Origin: Octopus vulgaris
Taxonomy: Eukaryota
Reading direction: 5' to 3'
Assembly: GCA_951406725.2 (NCBI GenBank)
Contig: OX597815.1
Coordinates: forward strand, 178,746,001 to 178,810,000
Length of the DNA: 64,000 nucleotides
Part shown: piece after piece, positions 1 to 13,250 of the stretch
How the letters are laid out: every line of letters starts with the position of its first letter
Numbering within the stretch: the first letter of the stretch is position 1
Made by a program: the position numbers and the translations under genes
The notes under the pieces: model-generated
Database searches by the model: none
Seen by the model: only the letters and a program-made list of their open reading frames with translations
What the model was told of the DNA's origin: nothing

Positions 1-802
1 GGAGCCTGGTGCAGCCTTCTGGCTTACAAGTCCTCAGTCAAACTGTCCAACCCATGCCAACATGGAAAGCAGACATTAAATGATGATGATGAAACAATAT
101 ACAGTAAAATATTTTGTAAAACTAAACAGGGACCAAAATACTGGTTTCGAATTTTGGCACAAGGCCAGCAATTCAGGAGTCAGGGTAAGTTGATTACATT
201 GACCCCAGTGCTTAACTGGTACTTATTTTACTGACCCCAAAAGAAGAAAGGCAAAGTCGACCTTGGTGAAATTTGAACTCAGAATGTAAAGACAAACAAA
301 ATGCTGCTAAGCATTTTGCACAGAATGGTAACGATTCTGCTAGCAGTACCACCTTAAAACAGGGACCAAAATATTGGTCTCAAATTTTGGTAAAGGCCAA
401 TAAGCTCCAGGGGGAAGTAGAAGACTGCTTACAGCCCACACCTAACTTAAATTTAATTATACATACAGAACTGATAAATAATTTGGTGCTGAACCCTAAT
501 TTGGATACCATTTATATAAGGGTTAATTTGTATTATGCTTTTAAGTTGCCTATCAATTTTCAATCATAAACTTCATAAGACTTGTTCTTAATGATGCACT
601 GTTTCCTCAGAATAGGAGTGACCAGTTGGTAGGGCACAGGACTATATTTATATTAATCACATCCCTAAAAAAACGTGTTGTAATTGTTGACACTTGAAAA
701 CACACCATCATGGGCCAGATCAACAATTACTCCTTTATACAGAAAGGCTCCCGATTATGAGGCAAGCATGGCCAGCCAGGAAAGAAAGCCAATAGTCCTT
801 AA

Positions 803-1639
803 CCCTTTGAACCCCAGATACCGAGTGTCCTTGACACCCTCACCCCAGGTTCCCTGGGTAAAAGAGCCAAAATAATGATTTCCCACCTAATATTGTTTCA
901 GTGTCATTAAATGGGTTTTCTGTCTCTCATACTGAAATAAAATGCCAAATAGATGGCAACATTGTCCTTGCTTTTTTTTTTGTTTGTTTTATCGCCAATA
1001 CTGGCATTTGTGGTGCCAGTCAACCCAGCAGTTACCGTTTGGTTTTCCAATACAGAAAATACTGGCTGGTAAAGCAGCCGCTGGGATATTTGTATCTGTG
1101 GCTAACAGCCGGAATAGTGGCTGCTGGGGTATTTGTAAACAGTACAACATGGCAGCCAGTAAAGCGGCCACTGGGGTATTCATATCTGCAGTTGGCGGCT
1201 GGAATAGGACCAGTTGGGGTAGGGTGCCAAGAGCACCATCCAAGCGTAATCATTGCCAGAGCAGCCAATTGGCTTCATGCCGGTGGTACATAAAAGGGCA
1301 CCAATTCAAGCATGATCACTATCAATGTCGCCTTACTGGCACCTGTGCTGGTGGCATGTGTAAAAAGATTCAAACGAGGTCATTGCCAGTACCGCCTGAC
1401 TGGCCCTCATGCCAGTGGCACGTAAAAAGCACCCACTACACTCTCGGAGTGGTTGGCGTTAGGAAGGGCATCCAGCTGTAGAAACTCTGCCAAATCAAGA
1501 TTGGAGCCTGGTGCAGCCATCTGGTTCGCCAGCCCTCAGTCAAAATCGTCCAACCCATGCTAACATGGAAAGCGGACGTTAAACGATGATGATGAGTACA
1601 ACATGGCAGCCGGTAAAGTGGCCGCTGGGGTTCTGAGGG
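803..1639. mobile_element. piggyBac-like non-autonomous element containing a family B SINE
   Basis: TTAA-CCCT..GAACCCCAG ... CTGGGGTTCTGAGGG-TTAA. Confidence 0.65.
1227..1596 (+). mobile_element. SINE family B (Meta/MESC-like core ggcgttaggaagggcatccagc, (GAT)n tail)
   Basis: Internal ~60-bp repeats; 3' aacccatgc..gcatggaaa..gacgttaaacgatgatg; about 20 copies in the window. Confidence 0.85.
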
Positions 1640-1887
1640 TTAAGGTGACACCTTTTCCATCACTTATTCTAACTGTCAGTTAGTACATTTAACATGCATA
1701 TACATCAACCACATCAGTGCATTCTCTGTGACAATTAAATCTCTGGATGATATCAAAGTCATTCAACAAAAGAAAGAAAATAATGATATAATGCTCAAAA
1801 TAATTTTTTTGTAGACTCAATTTTATTTAACCAAGAGAACAGCTGTATATAAAACCACAATGTTCTGACAGAACAAGAAGGGTTTAA

Positions 1888-2463
1888 CCCTTTAGTGTTT
1901 AAACCGGCCATATCCAGCCCAAATATTCTACAAGTTTTATATTCAAATGGGCAATATCTAGCCTCTCACACCTAACCTTCATTGACATTCTAAAAATAAA
2001 AGGAGTGGCTGTGTGGTAAGTAGCTTGCTAACCAACCACATGGTTCCGGGTTCAGTCCCACTGCATGGCACCTTGGGCAAGTGTCTTCTACTATAGCCTC
2101 AGGCCGACCAATGCCTTGTGAGTGGATTTGGTAGACGGAAACTGAAAGAAGCCTGTCGTATATATGTATATATATATATATATGTGTGTGCGTGTCTGTG
2201 TTTGTCCCCCTTGACAACCGATGCTGGTGTATTTACGTCCCTGTCACTTAGCGGTTCGGCAAAAGAGACCGATAGAATAAGTACTGGGCTTACAAAAGAA
2301 TAAGTCCCAGGGTCGAGTTGCTCGATTAAAGGCGGTGCTCCAGCATGGCCGCAGTCAAATGACTGAAACAAGTAAAAGAGTAAAGAGAGAGTAAAGAGTA
2401 TCATTGAAAACAATTTGAGTGAAAAAGTATTACATTTAACAGAGTAATCTGAACACTAAAGGG
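1888..2463. mobile_element. piggyBac-like MITE containing a family A SINE
   Basis: TTAA-CCCTTTAGTGTT...AACACTAAAGGG-TTAA. Confidence 0.75.
2001..2400 (+). mobile_element. SINE family A (tRNA-derived head, central (TA)/(TG) tract, (GTAAAAGA)n tail)
   Basis: ggagtggctgtgtggtaag...ggttcagtcc head; more than 15 copies in the window. Confidence 0.9.
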
Positions 2464-2523
2464 TTAAAGAGAAGTAAAAAGCTGAAACTGTGCAATCTAG
2501 AAACTACAAAAAATGAAACTTAC

Positions 2524-2663
2524 CAAAAAGTATGTAAAAATTTCAAGGATGTTATTAAATTCCGATGCAAAAGTGCTTTATCTGTGATCACCAAATTCAC
2601 ATAAAATTTAGGCAAATAAATGTTTTATTAGGATAAAAAGTACTCATCTCTTTACACATGATC
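2524..2663 (-). other. Candidate 140-nt non-coding exon
   Basis: Acceptor ccattttcag and donor ttg|gtaagt; stops in all three frames. Confidence 0.35.
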
Positions 2664-4415
2664 CTGAAAATGGCAACTCTTAATAGGGAGGAGGAGGGGC
2701 AGCAGTAGAGCTTCAATTCCCAGCTTTCTCCTTAATTTGTTTGTCTAGCATATAATCAAAATATATCCGTTCTATAATAAGACACTAAATTGACATAAGG
2801 AAGTACTGAAATAGTAAGCAAGCAGATCGACATCTCGTCAACAACAACAGCCAATGCAGTGAATGACGGATGCTCACGCATGAAAAACAAGAACTGAAAT
2901 GGTAGCAGGTTTACGTTCCTCTCATTTCTTGAAAATATTTTTTAAAAAACAACACTTATCACTATCGTTGAGAGGTATCAATAATTAAACTATCAATTTT
3001 CAATGCGAGTAACTGGAGAGACTGCTAAACATTATTTGTTTAGTTCTCACTGAAAAATTAGAGCAGGTATTTTATCATCAACCTAAATGTAGAAAAATAA
3101 ATAAATAAAATCAATGCCTGCTCATTATTTAATGTTCTGTAAAATTACTAAACATAAGAAAACAGAGAGAGACCAACTGATTAACCAGACATGTTTATAT
3201 TCAGACTACTTCCAAAATCTTTTCTCTTTAAATTCAGAATATTTCTCAGTGTTAAAAGCTAGCTAATCAGATATGGTAACACATGTAGCGTAACTGATTA
3301 AAATTCTAAGATTAGTGGCCTACAGATCTGGTGATGAAATTTTGAAACTGGTAAGGAAATAGTTTAGTGAACAAGATATTAGCCTGCAGAACATTAAATC
3401 ACAAATTCAGGTACCACAGCAGGTGCTCTGAGGAAAGTAGTTTTCCATTATCCCTGCTTATCTAATAGAAAAAATATGAACCAGCTCTTTCTGGACTAAT
3501 ATCCTATACAGCAAAACGTTTCTCTCTTCGCAAATTAATGCTAAACAATCTTGAGACAATCATTCAATTCCTGCTATTGCAAAAGAACTGAAAGAGGTCT
3601 GTAACTTCACAAGGAATCACTAAGGTAGACATTGAATTTTGGGGGGATTTTTTTTAAAGACAGTGAAGGACTATTTCTGCATATACCTTAGGGTCTTATA
3701 TATATACTAAAGCAAGTTGAAAATTTTCCAAGAGCTAAAAAGCAAGGAGTATGCTTCAATCTCACTAAAGGTATCCTTAATGAAACACATTTTACTCAGA
3801 TGGTAAAGGTGAGATAGATCAGTGTGTGTGTGTGAGATCATCATCATTTCACGTCTGTTTTCCATGCTGGCATGGGTTGGACAGGCTGATGAGAGTTGAC
3901 AAGTCAGAGTAATACACCAAGCTCCACAGTCTACTTTGGCATGGTTTTTATAACCGAAATATCCTTCCCAATGCCAACCACTTCACAGAACGAATTGGGT
4001 GCTTTTTACATGGCACCAGTAAGGTCTGCTTTGGCATGGTTTTCTAGAGCTGGGTGCCCTTCCATGCTTGTATGGGTTAGACGGAATTTGTGGAAGCAGA
4101 TTTCTTTTTATAGCTGGATGTTGTTCTTGCCACCAACCCTCACTTGGTTCCAAGCAAGGTGACACTCTCTCATGACCAGACAGGTTTTCTGCAAGATATT
4201 GGAAACAAATGACACCACTTGTATGGAGGTGACACTCATTTACAACTAGCATGTCAAGATGAGAAAGCAGACACAAGTTCTCTCTCTCTCACTCACTCAC
4301 TCACACACACACACACACACGCACACACACACTGACCCTCATTTAGTTTCCATCTTCTAAATTGACTCACAAAACTTTGGTGCTGCAGGAGCCATAAAAG
4401 AACCATGCTTGTATC

Positions 4416-4716
4416 GAGGCTCATGGCCTAGTGGTTAGAGTAGCGGACTCGTGGTCGGGGGATTGCAGGTTCGAATCTCAGGCTGGATGATGTGTGTGGT
4501 TGTGAGCGAAACACCTAAGCTCCACGCGGCTCCAGCAGAAGGTAATGGCGAACTTCTGCTGACCCCTTCGCCACAACTTTCTCTCACTCTTTCCTCCTGC
4601 ATCTTGCAGCTCACCTGCAATGGACCGGCGCCCTGTCCAGGTGGGGAACCTATACGCCACGGAAACTGGGAAACCCGCCCTTATAAGCCAGGCGTGGCTC
4701 AAGAAGGAACAAACAA
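4416..4716 (+). mobile_element. SINE family D-like head, tail type 2 (V-domain-like)
   Basis: cctgcaatggaccggcgccctgtccagg; related copy at 38670-38960 (-). Confidence 0.7.
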
Positions 4717-5639
4717 ATGAAACATGAAAAAAGAACTATGCTTGTATGCAGATGTCATCATCATCGTTTTAATGTCCATCTTTCCATGCTTACGCTAATA
4801 CGAATGTCAACATGTGGGTCAAGTGGGGGAAATAAGTCACAAAAGAGTTCTGTATATATACACTTGACAGTGTCACCCACACACAAATGTAATATAGCTC
4901 GTTGAAAACGTCGATCTAGTAAGATTATACAAGTAAATAATAGACAAAAACTCCAGGGAACTTTTGAAAATCTAAAAATAATCACCATCACCATTATCAT
5001 CATTTAATGTCCATTTTCCACGCTGGCATGAGTTGGACGGTTTGACAGGAGCTGGCAAGGCTGGAGGGCTGCACCAGGATCCAGTCGTTTGCTTTGGTTT
5101 AGTTTTGATGGCTGGATGCTCTTCCTGATACTAATCACCGTAAAGAGGGGATCGGGGGCTTCATACATGGCACCAGCACAGGACAAATAATTCCATGACC
5201 CCCCCCAACAGACTACTGCTGAATATTCTATGAAAGGTGAAAGAATAAAAAAAAAAAATGACCAGTTCGTTTATGAAGGGGTTAAAAACATACACAGATA
5301 TCTGTTATTTTGCACTTGTTTCAATCATTGGACGGCAGCCATTTTGGGGCACAATCAGGAAGGAATCAATCCCAGAACTTATTTTTAAGCCTGGTACTTA
5401 TTCTGTTGATCACTAAGTTATAGGGAGGTTAATAAAAAAAAAAATGGTTGTCAAGCAGAGTCACGCACACACGTGCATTCAGTTTCCATCTATCAAACCC
5501 ACTTACAAGGCTTTGGTCAATACAGGGCTTTTGTAGAAGACACTTGCCCAAGGTAGCCTGCAGTGGAATTGAACTTAACAACACATGGTTATGAAGCAAG
5601 CTTTTTAACCACACAACCACGTATATATACATACAAAGT

Positions 5640-5840
5640 CAGGACACCATGATAGATCGTTAGCTCCTAAACGCATTTTTTTCTCTCCTTGTTTTTTTCT
5701 GTGTATCTTTCTGTCAAAGAGCATAGGCTCGAAACGTAAAAGACTTTTTCTATTTCTATTCTTGAGCGCTATACTAATACATTTGTTTGTTTGTACTCCA
5801 CCTGCCTTTGTCTTTTGTTTATTTTCGTAAACTTTCCCTT
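5640..5840 (+). mobile_element. Penelope-like terminal-repeat remnant with variant hammerhead-like fold
   Basis: TCTTT-CTGTCAA-A-GAGC-atag-GCTC-GAAA-CGTA|AAAGA at 5706-5743; homologous copy at 33845-34022. Confidence 0.55.
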
Positions 5841-6179
5841 TATATATACATATACATATATATATACATATACATACATACATATATACATACATATACA
5901 TATACATATATATATATATACATACATATACATATATATATATACATACATATACATATACATATATATATATACATACATATACATATATATATATACA
6001 TACATATACATATACATATATACATACATATACATATATATATATACATACATATACATATACATATATATATATACATACATATACATATACATATATA
6101 TATATACATACATACACATATATATACATACATACATATATATGTATATATATATATATACAGCATACAACCTAATACC

Positions 6180-6212
<33 letters not shown>

Positions 6213-6552
6213 CATACATACATATATACATACATATACATACATACATATATACATACATATACATATACATATATATATATACATACATACATATACA
6301 TATACATACATACATATACATATACATACATACATATACATATACATACATACATATACATATACATATATACATACATATACATATATATATATACATA
6401 CATACATATACATATATATATATACATACATACATATACATATATACATACATACATATACATATATATATATACATACATACATATACACATACATATA
6501 TACATATATATGTATATATATATATATATATACAGCATACAACCTAATACCA
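5841..6552. repeat. Compound (TA)/(TACA)/(TACATA) microsatellite, about 700 bp
   Basis: Direct; source of the spurious YIYI ORFs. Confidence 0.97.
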
Positions 6553-6554
6553 TA

Positions 6555-6779
6555 GTGTGATCATTACCAGTGCCACCTGACTGGCTTCTGTGCTGGTGGT
6601 ATGTAAAAAGCACCCACTACACTCTCGAAGTGGTTGGCATTAGGAAGGGCATCTAGCTGTAGAAATTTTGCCAGATCAGATTGGAGCTTGGTGCAGCCTC
6701 CTGGCTTGCTAGTCCTCAATCAAATCGTCCAACCCATGCCAGCATGAAAAGCAGACGATGATGATGATGATGATGATGA
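6555..6779 (+). mobile_element. SINE family B
   Basis: Match to family. Confidence 0.85.
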
Positions 6780-7569
6780 GTAGTTTACCCTGAACTAACT
6801 TGGATGAATCAACAATAAAAATGTCACCAGCTCTTAAGTAGCTAGTCAAAAATATTTCTCTATTTATAAGACATGATGTGGCTAGGACAGAGAGAAATAG
6901 AAGCTACAGTGATGTGGAAGGTAAAAAAACCACATGATTTAATCGGCGCTCCGTCGGTTACGATGACAAGGGTTCCAATTGATCCGATCTGCGGAACAAC
7001 TTGCTCATGGAATTAAAGTGCAAGTGGCTGAGCACTCAACAAACACACGTTCCCTTAATTCTGTTTTCTCAGGGAGATTCAGCATGGCACAAAATGTGAC
7101 AAGGTGGGGCCCTTTCAATTACTGTGTGGCCTGGAGGAAGAAAAAATAAAGTATCCTGCTCAAAGGCAATGTGTCACTGGGAGCTGAATACTCTTACTAT
7201 TAAGCAACAATCTAGAAAAATGATGATGGAATGTCCAACTCAGGGCCAGCCCTAGGGTTGCTGGTGTCCTACACAAGCAGAATTTCAGGGTGTGCAAACT
7301 GACAGCCGTGGAAATTTCCTTGTCTTTGTGACGCCCTCCTTGCCTCGCTCCCACGACCTCCTGCCCTGGACGGACTGCCCAAGTTACCAGTACCTTGAGC
7401 TAGCCTTGTAAAGGTTTCAATAAAATGAAAGCACGACAGACCCAACCTACTGATCTAGGACAGTGCAAAGAAACCAAACACTCTAGCTGAAATCAGTTGC
7501 CCAACTGAAGTGCGCAGGATATGGAAAAAATTAGTAAAAAAGAGAAGATATATGCCAAACTTATTATCA

Positions 7570-7648
7570 TTATTCAGGTCACTGCCTGGAATCGAACTCG
7601 GAATCTTGGGGTTGGTAGTCCGCGCTCCTAACCACTACGCCATATGCT
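7570..7648 (-). mobile_element. Family E tRNA-like head
   Basis: Near-identical to 42700-42776; A and B boxes present; (AAT)n linker follows. Confidence 0.7.
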
Positions 7649-7707
7649 CATGGTCGGTGCCAGTACCACCTGACTGGTCTCATACCAGCGGCACGTAAAA
7701 AGCACCA

Positions 7708-7825
7708 CGGCATATGGCATAGTGGTTAAGAGTGCGGGCTACTAACCCAAGATTCCCAGTTCGATTCCAGGCAGTGACCATAATAATAATAATAATCATA
7801 ATAATAATCATAATAATAATAATGC
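7708..7825 (+). mobile_element. Family E tRNA-like head plus (AAT)n linker
   Basis: gggcatatggcatagtggttaagagtgcgggctactaacccaagattcccagttcgattcc, divergent to the 7570-7648 head. Confidence 0.7.
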
Positions 7826-7879
7826 TACATTGAGAAATATGCAAGTTTTCTATTTAGATAACTTAAGATTTCTGCTAAT

Positions 7880-10400
7880 AATCACTGGAGCACTCAGGTA
7901 CGGCACTAATTACTTCAGCGCCAATCTTGAGAAGCTGGGATTCGCAAAACCTAATCAAAAGGACTACAGCGATAAAAGGCACTGCCAACATATGTAAAAC
8001 AGACTTTAAGTTCTTCAGTGTGTATATAAGATCCAGATAATCAATGCTTGCCATGCTGTTTACCCATGTACACACGTAGCTATATGCACACGTGTAAACA
8101 CACACATACACATACAATGATGTATCGATTTCTATAAATCCTTCATGGCAAACAATGCTCGCGCAGCAAATAGACGAAATATTAAGTTTTGTAGAATCAG
8201 CGAATGTGACAGAGTCCTTTTTCACGGTCAGTTGACCTGCCAAACAAGGTGTGTGCATGTGTTGGTGTGTGTGAAAAGTTATTCGGCCATGAGCAGCAGG
8301 TAGTTTCTTTGATGAAAGTGGGGGGAGATATCGTATTCAATTTGTTTAGTAAAGAGATTTCGCAGCTATTATTAGCAGGGCAAACAACCATATTATATAC
8401 ATGTCGCAGTCGACACGTTGTGACACAATTATGTGTGTGCGCGCGCGCCTTCACCTCAGGTTCGTGGTAAAAGGTGATCCACCAAGTATATTATCAGAAA
8501 TAAAATTCAAGTAAAAAAAAAGTTCTATACATTTATATATTCTGAAATTTTTTCTTTTTAAATTTAAAAAATCAGGACTTCGGTTCATCTGGAATATATC
8601 CTCCACGCTCCAGTTTAATCGAATAACAAAATTTATTTTGCGCGTGGAGCGAATTAAAACGAACGAAAAAACTAAAAACTTTTCGATGTGTTTGAATAAA
8701 GTTCGGCCGACATAGAACTCAACGCTCTCGCTTCCTATTTGAACATTTACAACAGTAGCGACGAAACGAAAATTGGAAGAATAAGAAGAAAACAAAACAA
8801 TTCGAATAATCGGGCTTCCTACACTGTTTACAGTTTCCCATAAAAAAAAAAAAGTAAAGAAAAAGGTATTACTATCGAACAGTGGTTCCTAGAAAAGATA
8901 TATGTATACAATTTTCATGAACGGAAAACAAGGTATTTCGTTTTAATGGGTTGGTGCATAATTAACGACTATTTTATAATTTAATTTACAACAGTTTTAG
9001 AATACAAAAAAAAAAAAAAAAACGGTCGTTAATTATGCGATACTAATAATTTTTACTAAAAGTTTCGACCAATTCTGGAGAGTAAGGAACAAGATCCCAG
9101 AAAGTCGAGTTCTTGATCCCTTTCGCTTCACCTATGCTCTTATAAACTCTGGAAACGATGTAAACGTTAGGAAATCTCCACTTCCATAAAAAAACCAGTT
9201 CTTTTACTCGATAACAAACCAAATTATTCGGAACGTAGCTAAAGATGAATGAACGAGTGTTTACTATAAAGTAAATCTAATTCATTTGAAGAAGAAGAGA
9301 AACAAAACTTTTTTTTTTCCAAGACATACGCTGATTAGCGAAGGGGAAATAATTCTGAATAACTTTGTAATGTTGACCTAGAAAATAGTTTTACTTTTGG
9401 AGAAATACAAGGAATTCGGCGAAAGTATATTAAAAATAATAATAATAATAAACGTAAGAAAGAAAATACTCACAACAGCATAATATAGTGTCATGTATAA
9501 AATAAATCCTCATTGGTAATAAATACTAACCCTCCCCCTTTTTTTTTTTTGCTTTTCGTGTACTGTATGCCTTCCTTATTTTAATTTGAATTTTTTTTTT
9601 TACATGGTATGTAATTCCATTATTTACAAGTCACTTGGAAAATCACAAGCTGTCGAACAGCTTGTTCTCTGTCTCCACACGATGGGACGGAAGATTTTCT
9701 TGCTAAAATTACGATGTTTGTGATTGTTTCTTTCTTCGGCATATTAATAAGTCACGAGTAAGAGTTTGTTGTATGATAGACATATATATACATATGTATA
9801 TATAAATATATATATGTAAGTATGTATGTATGTATGTGTGTGCGCACGCGCGTATATGATTGCTTTCTGTTCTAAAGTCTATTCAGTCAGGGTCACCAGG
9901 ACACAATCAACGGCCATAATACACCTTCAATGAATGACTAACGTACACGCACATTCGAAACCATAAACACCCACCCGTTATCACGAGGTGGAAGAGGAGA
10001 GGAGCGTGTGTGAGAACTATAACAAAAGATCAGGAGTTTAAAACCCACTGCGTTGTCCTAGAAAGAAAAAAAAACAACATTACCACCCACGAAAAGCAGA
10101 TGATTTTTACTATATTCAGGGGTGCGGGAGGGAGACAAAAAAAAAAGTGTGTGAAAGACAGAAAACATTATTTAACTTCGGCCAAACTACGCAAACGTCA
10201 AGGAAAATGGTAATAAATATTTCCTTGGCTCCGATGTGTCTCTTGACGGAAAAAAAGAAAAACTTAATTCTTGATAGAACGCCAATCGATACACAAGTAA
10301 ACATTCATAACTTGATCAAAGTTCTGATTTCTGGCAGATCGGTGAACTGACGCAGAAGACAGGCTCTGCCCAGAAACATGGCACAAAAAGAAAAATAAAA
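7880..10400 (-). promoter_or_regulatory. CpG-richer, SINE-free block: putative alternative promoter / 5' exons
   Basis: Many CpGs; minus-strand donors at 9473 (GTGAGT), 8454 (GTGAAG) and 7913 (GTAATT); acceptor at 8237. Confidence 0.4.
8945..9049. mobile_element. Tiny mariner-like MITE
   Basis: ggttggtgcataattaacgac ... gtcgttaattatgcgatac inverted ends. Confidence 0.5.
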
Positions 10401-10525
10401 GAAGAGAAAGGCAGCAGTAAATTTGAAAGGGTTAATTCATAAAGCCCATAATCCAATACTTTATTCAGTTCACGTCTCCCACCTGGGAAGAGGAGTGGCT
10501 ATGGGTATAAAGTTTTAACAAATTC

Positions 10526-10920
10526 CGCAGGAGTGGCTGTGTGGTAAGTGGCTTGCTAACCAACCACATGGTTCCGGGTTCAGTCCCACTGCGTGGGATC
10601 TTGGGCAAGTGTCTTCTGCTATAGCCCCGGGCCGACCAATGCCTTGTGAGTGGATTTGGTAGACGGAAACTGAAAGAAGCCTGTCGTATATATGTATATA
10701 TATATATATATAAGCGTGTGTGTATGTGTTTGTCCCCCTAGCATTGCTTGACAACCGATGCTGGTGTGTTTACGTCCCCGTCACTTAGCGGTTTGGCAAA
10801 AGAGACCGATAGAATAAGTACTGGGCTTACAAAGAATAAGTCCCGGGGTCGATTTGCTCGACTAAAGGTGGTGCTCCAGTCAAATGACTGAAACAAGTAA
10901 AAGAGAGTAAAAGAGAAAAG
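10526..10920 (+). mobile_element. SINE family A
   Basis: Full-length match to 2001-2400. Confidence 0.9.
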
Positions 10921-11424
10921 AGATATGATTTCAAATGAGTGAACTGGAACCACTTGTTTTAACTACCTGTTAAGTCTCATACAAAAAGACAATGGGGTCT
11001 CTCTCGAGCAAAGTCCTTTTTGTCTCGTCTTCTTCTTCCTGAAGATCGCCAATTAACAAGGCAAAACAAAATTTTAACAACTGGCAAGCGTAATCAAAAT
11101 TTAGGAATTCTGCTTGTCAGTTATATTCAACATGGTCCGGGGTACTCCGTCGGTTACAAGTGTTCTAGTTGATTCGATCGGCAGAACAGCCCGTTCGTGA
11201 AATTAACGTACAACTGACTTAGCACTCCGCAGACACACGTACCCTTAACTTATAGTTCTTGGGGAGATTCAGCGTGACACATCGAATGCTACAAGGTTTG
11301 GCCCGCAGAACTACAGGCTGCAACTCATTCTCGTTGGACTGGAGCAACATGAAACACACGCGACCCCATGACCGGGAACCGGAGCAACATGAAACACGCG
11401 ACCCCATGATCGGGAACCGAATAC

Positions 11425-11841
11425 CTATTTCTTTACTACCCACAAGGGGCTAAACACAGAGAGGACAAACAAGGACAGATAAACGAATTAAGTCGATTAC
11501 ATCGACCTCAGTGCATAACTGGTACTTAATTTATCGACCCCGAAAGGATGAAAGGCAAAGTCGACCTCGGCGGAATTTGAACTCAGAACGTAACGGCAGA
11601 TGAAATACCTATTTCTTTACTACCCACAAAGGGCTAAACACAGAAAGGACAAACAAGGACAGACAAACGGATTAAGTTGATTATATCGACCTCAGTGCGT
11701 AACTGGTACTTATTTAATCGACTCCGACAGGATGAAAGGCAAAGTCGGCCTCAGCGGAATTTGAACTCAGAATGTAGAGGAAGACGAAATACTGCTAAGC
11801 ATTTCGCTCGGCGTGCTAATGATTCTGCCAGCTCACTGCCC
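11425..11841 (-). mobile_element. SINE family C tandem dimer (Nin/Deu-like core gtcgactttgcctttcatcctttcggggtcgat)
   Basis: Two units joined at gaaatacc; 15-bp TSD tcgggaaccgaatac. Confidence 0.85.
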
Positions 11842-12410
11842 TCGGGAACCGAATACTGTCACTGCTAAGCCACCAGCCTTCACACACACACATAGTCTCT
11901 CTCTCTCTCTCAACTGTAAACCACAAACCAAGATGGCTTTGTGGTATTTAGTGTTGAAGTATCATTGTCTACAACTGAAACAGTTCATTGTTATTAAACC
12001 GAACCCTTCCTAACCTAACTTCAGAACTTCGATAAATAAAATATGTTCCCTTAAGATATTTAGTGATAATTTTTTCTACTCTAGGCGCACGGCCTGAAAT
12101 TTGGGGGGCATGGGACCAGTCGATTAGTTCGACACCAGTATGCAACTGGTACTTAATTTATCAACCCCGAAAGGATGAAAGGCAAAGTCGACCTTGGCAG
12201 ATTTTACTCCCTTAAAGTATTTCGTGATAATGACACACTAAAATGGACAGGTCAGCTGGGTCACATTGTATGCATGTGTGCATATACAACAGAGGTTCTC
12301 AAACTTTTCGGGCCACTGCCCCTCATGGCCACATAACACCCTCAGTGCCCCCACCCCTATTTTTATGTTTAAAGAAATATTTTATATTTCACTAATTTAT
12401 ATTATACTAT

Positions 12411-12767
12411 ACTCTTTTACTTGTTTCAGTCATTTGACTGCGGCCATGCTGGAGCACTGCCTTTAATCTTATTCTATCGGTCTCTTTTGCCGAACTGCTA
12501 AGTAACGGGGACATAAACAAACCAGCATCGGTTGTCAAGCAATGCTAGGGGGACAAACACAGATACACAAACACACACACGCATATATATATACATATAT
12601 ACGACGGGCTTCTTTCAGTTTCTGTCTACCAAATCCACTCACAAGGCTTTGGTCGGCCCGAGGCTATAGTAGAAGACACTTGCCCAAGGTGCCACGCAGT
12701 GGGACTGAACCCGGAACCATGTGGTTCGTAAGCAAGCTACTTACCACACAGCCACCCCTGCGCCTAT
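12411..12767 (-). mobile_element. SINE family A
   Basis: Reverse-complement match. Confidence 0.9.
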
Positions 12768-12823
12768 GAATCATTTGATATTAAATATTATATATTTTGT
12801 CTACAATACAATAATAATATTGA

Positions 12824-13250
12824 AGTAAAGATTGTTTGCCAATATAACATGGCAGTCCTGGTTTAGGACGAATGTTGCTGTAATTTACCTCCAGGAGACA
12901 TCGTATCCAGCTGGCTATACGACACGATCCGTGTCCTTATATTTTCGAACAAGGGCATTTAGCACCCCCACTCAGCTCAAAACAATATCTGTGTATTGCA
13001 ATTTCCGGGTTATTTCGCAATACAGATGCTGTTTTGAGCTGAGTGGGGGTGCTAAATTCCCTTGTTCGAAAATATAAGGACACGGATCGTGTCGTATAGC
13101 CAGCTGGAGACCTTGTTTCCTAGGGCTAAATTACAGCAACATTCATCCTAAACCAGGACCGCCATGTTATGTTGGCAAACAATCTTTACTCCAAAGTACT
13201 GCTACTGAATATCTATCATTGTGAGATTAACAAATAGTAATTTTCTAATA
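12824..13250. repeat. Foldback element with about 175-bp arms plus an asymmetric right tail
   Basis: agtaaagattgtttgccaa...ttggcaaacaatctttact; second copy at 30862-31198 has the same tail. Confidence 0.85.

Noticed and set aside
5605-6613. Long ORFs of 174-257 aa on both strands
   Set aside because: Translations of TA/TACA microsatellite (YIYI/MYVC); not genes.
7708-7780. Functional tRNA gene
   Set aside because: Acceptor stem not closed, no terminator T-run, and linked to a repeat body elsewhere; treated as a SINE head.
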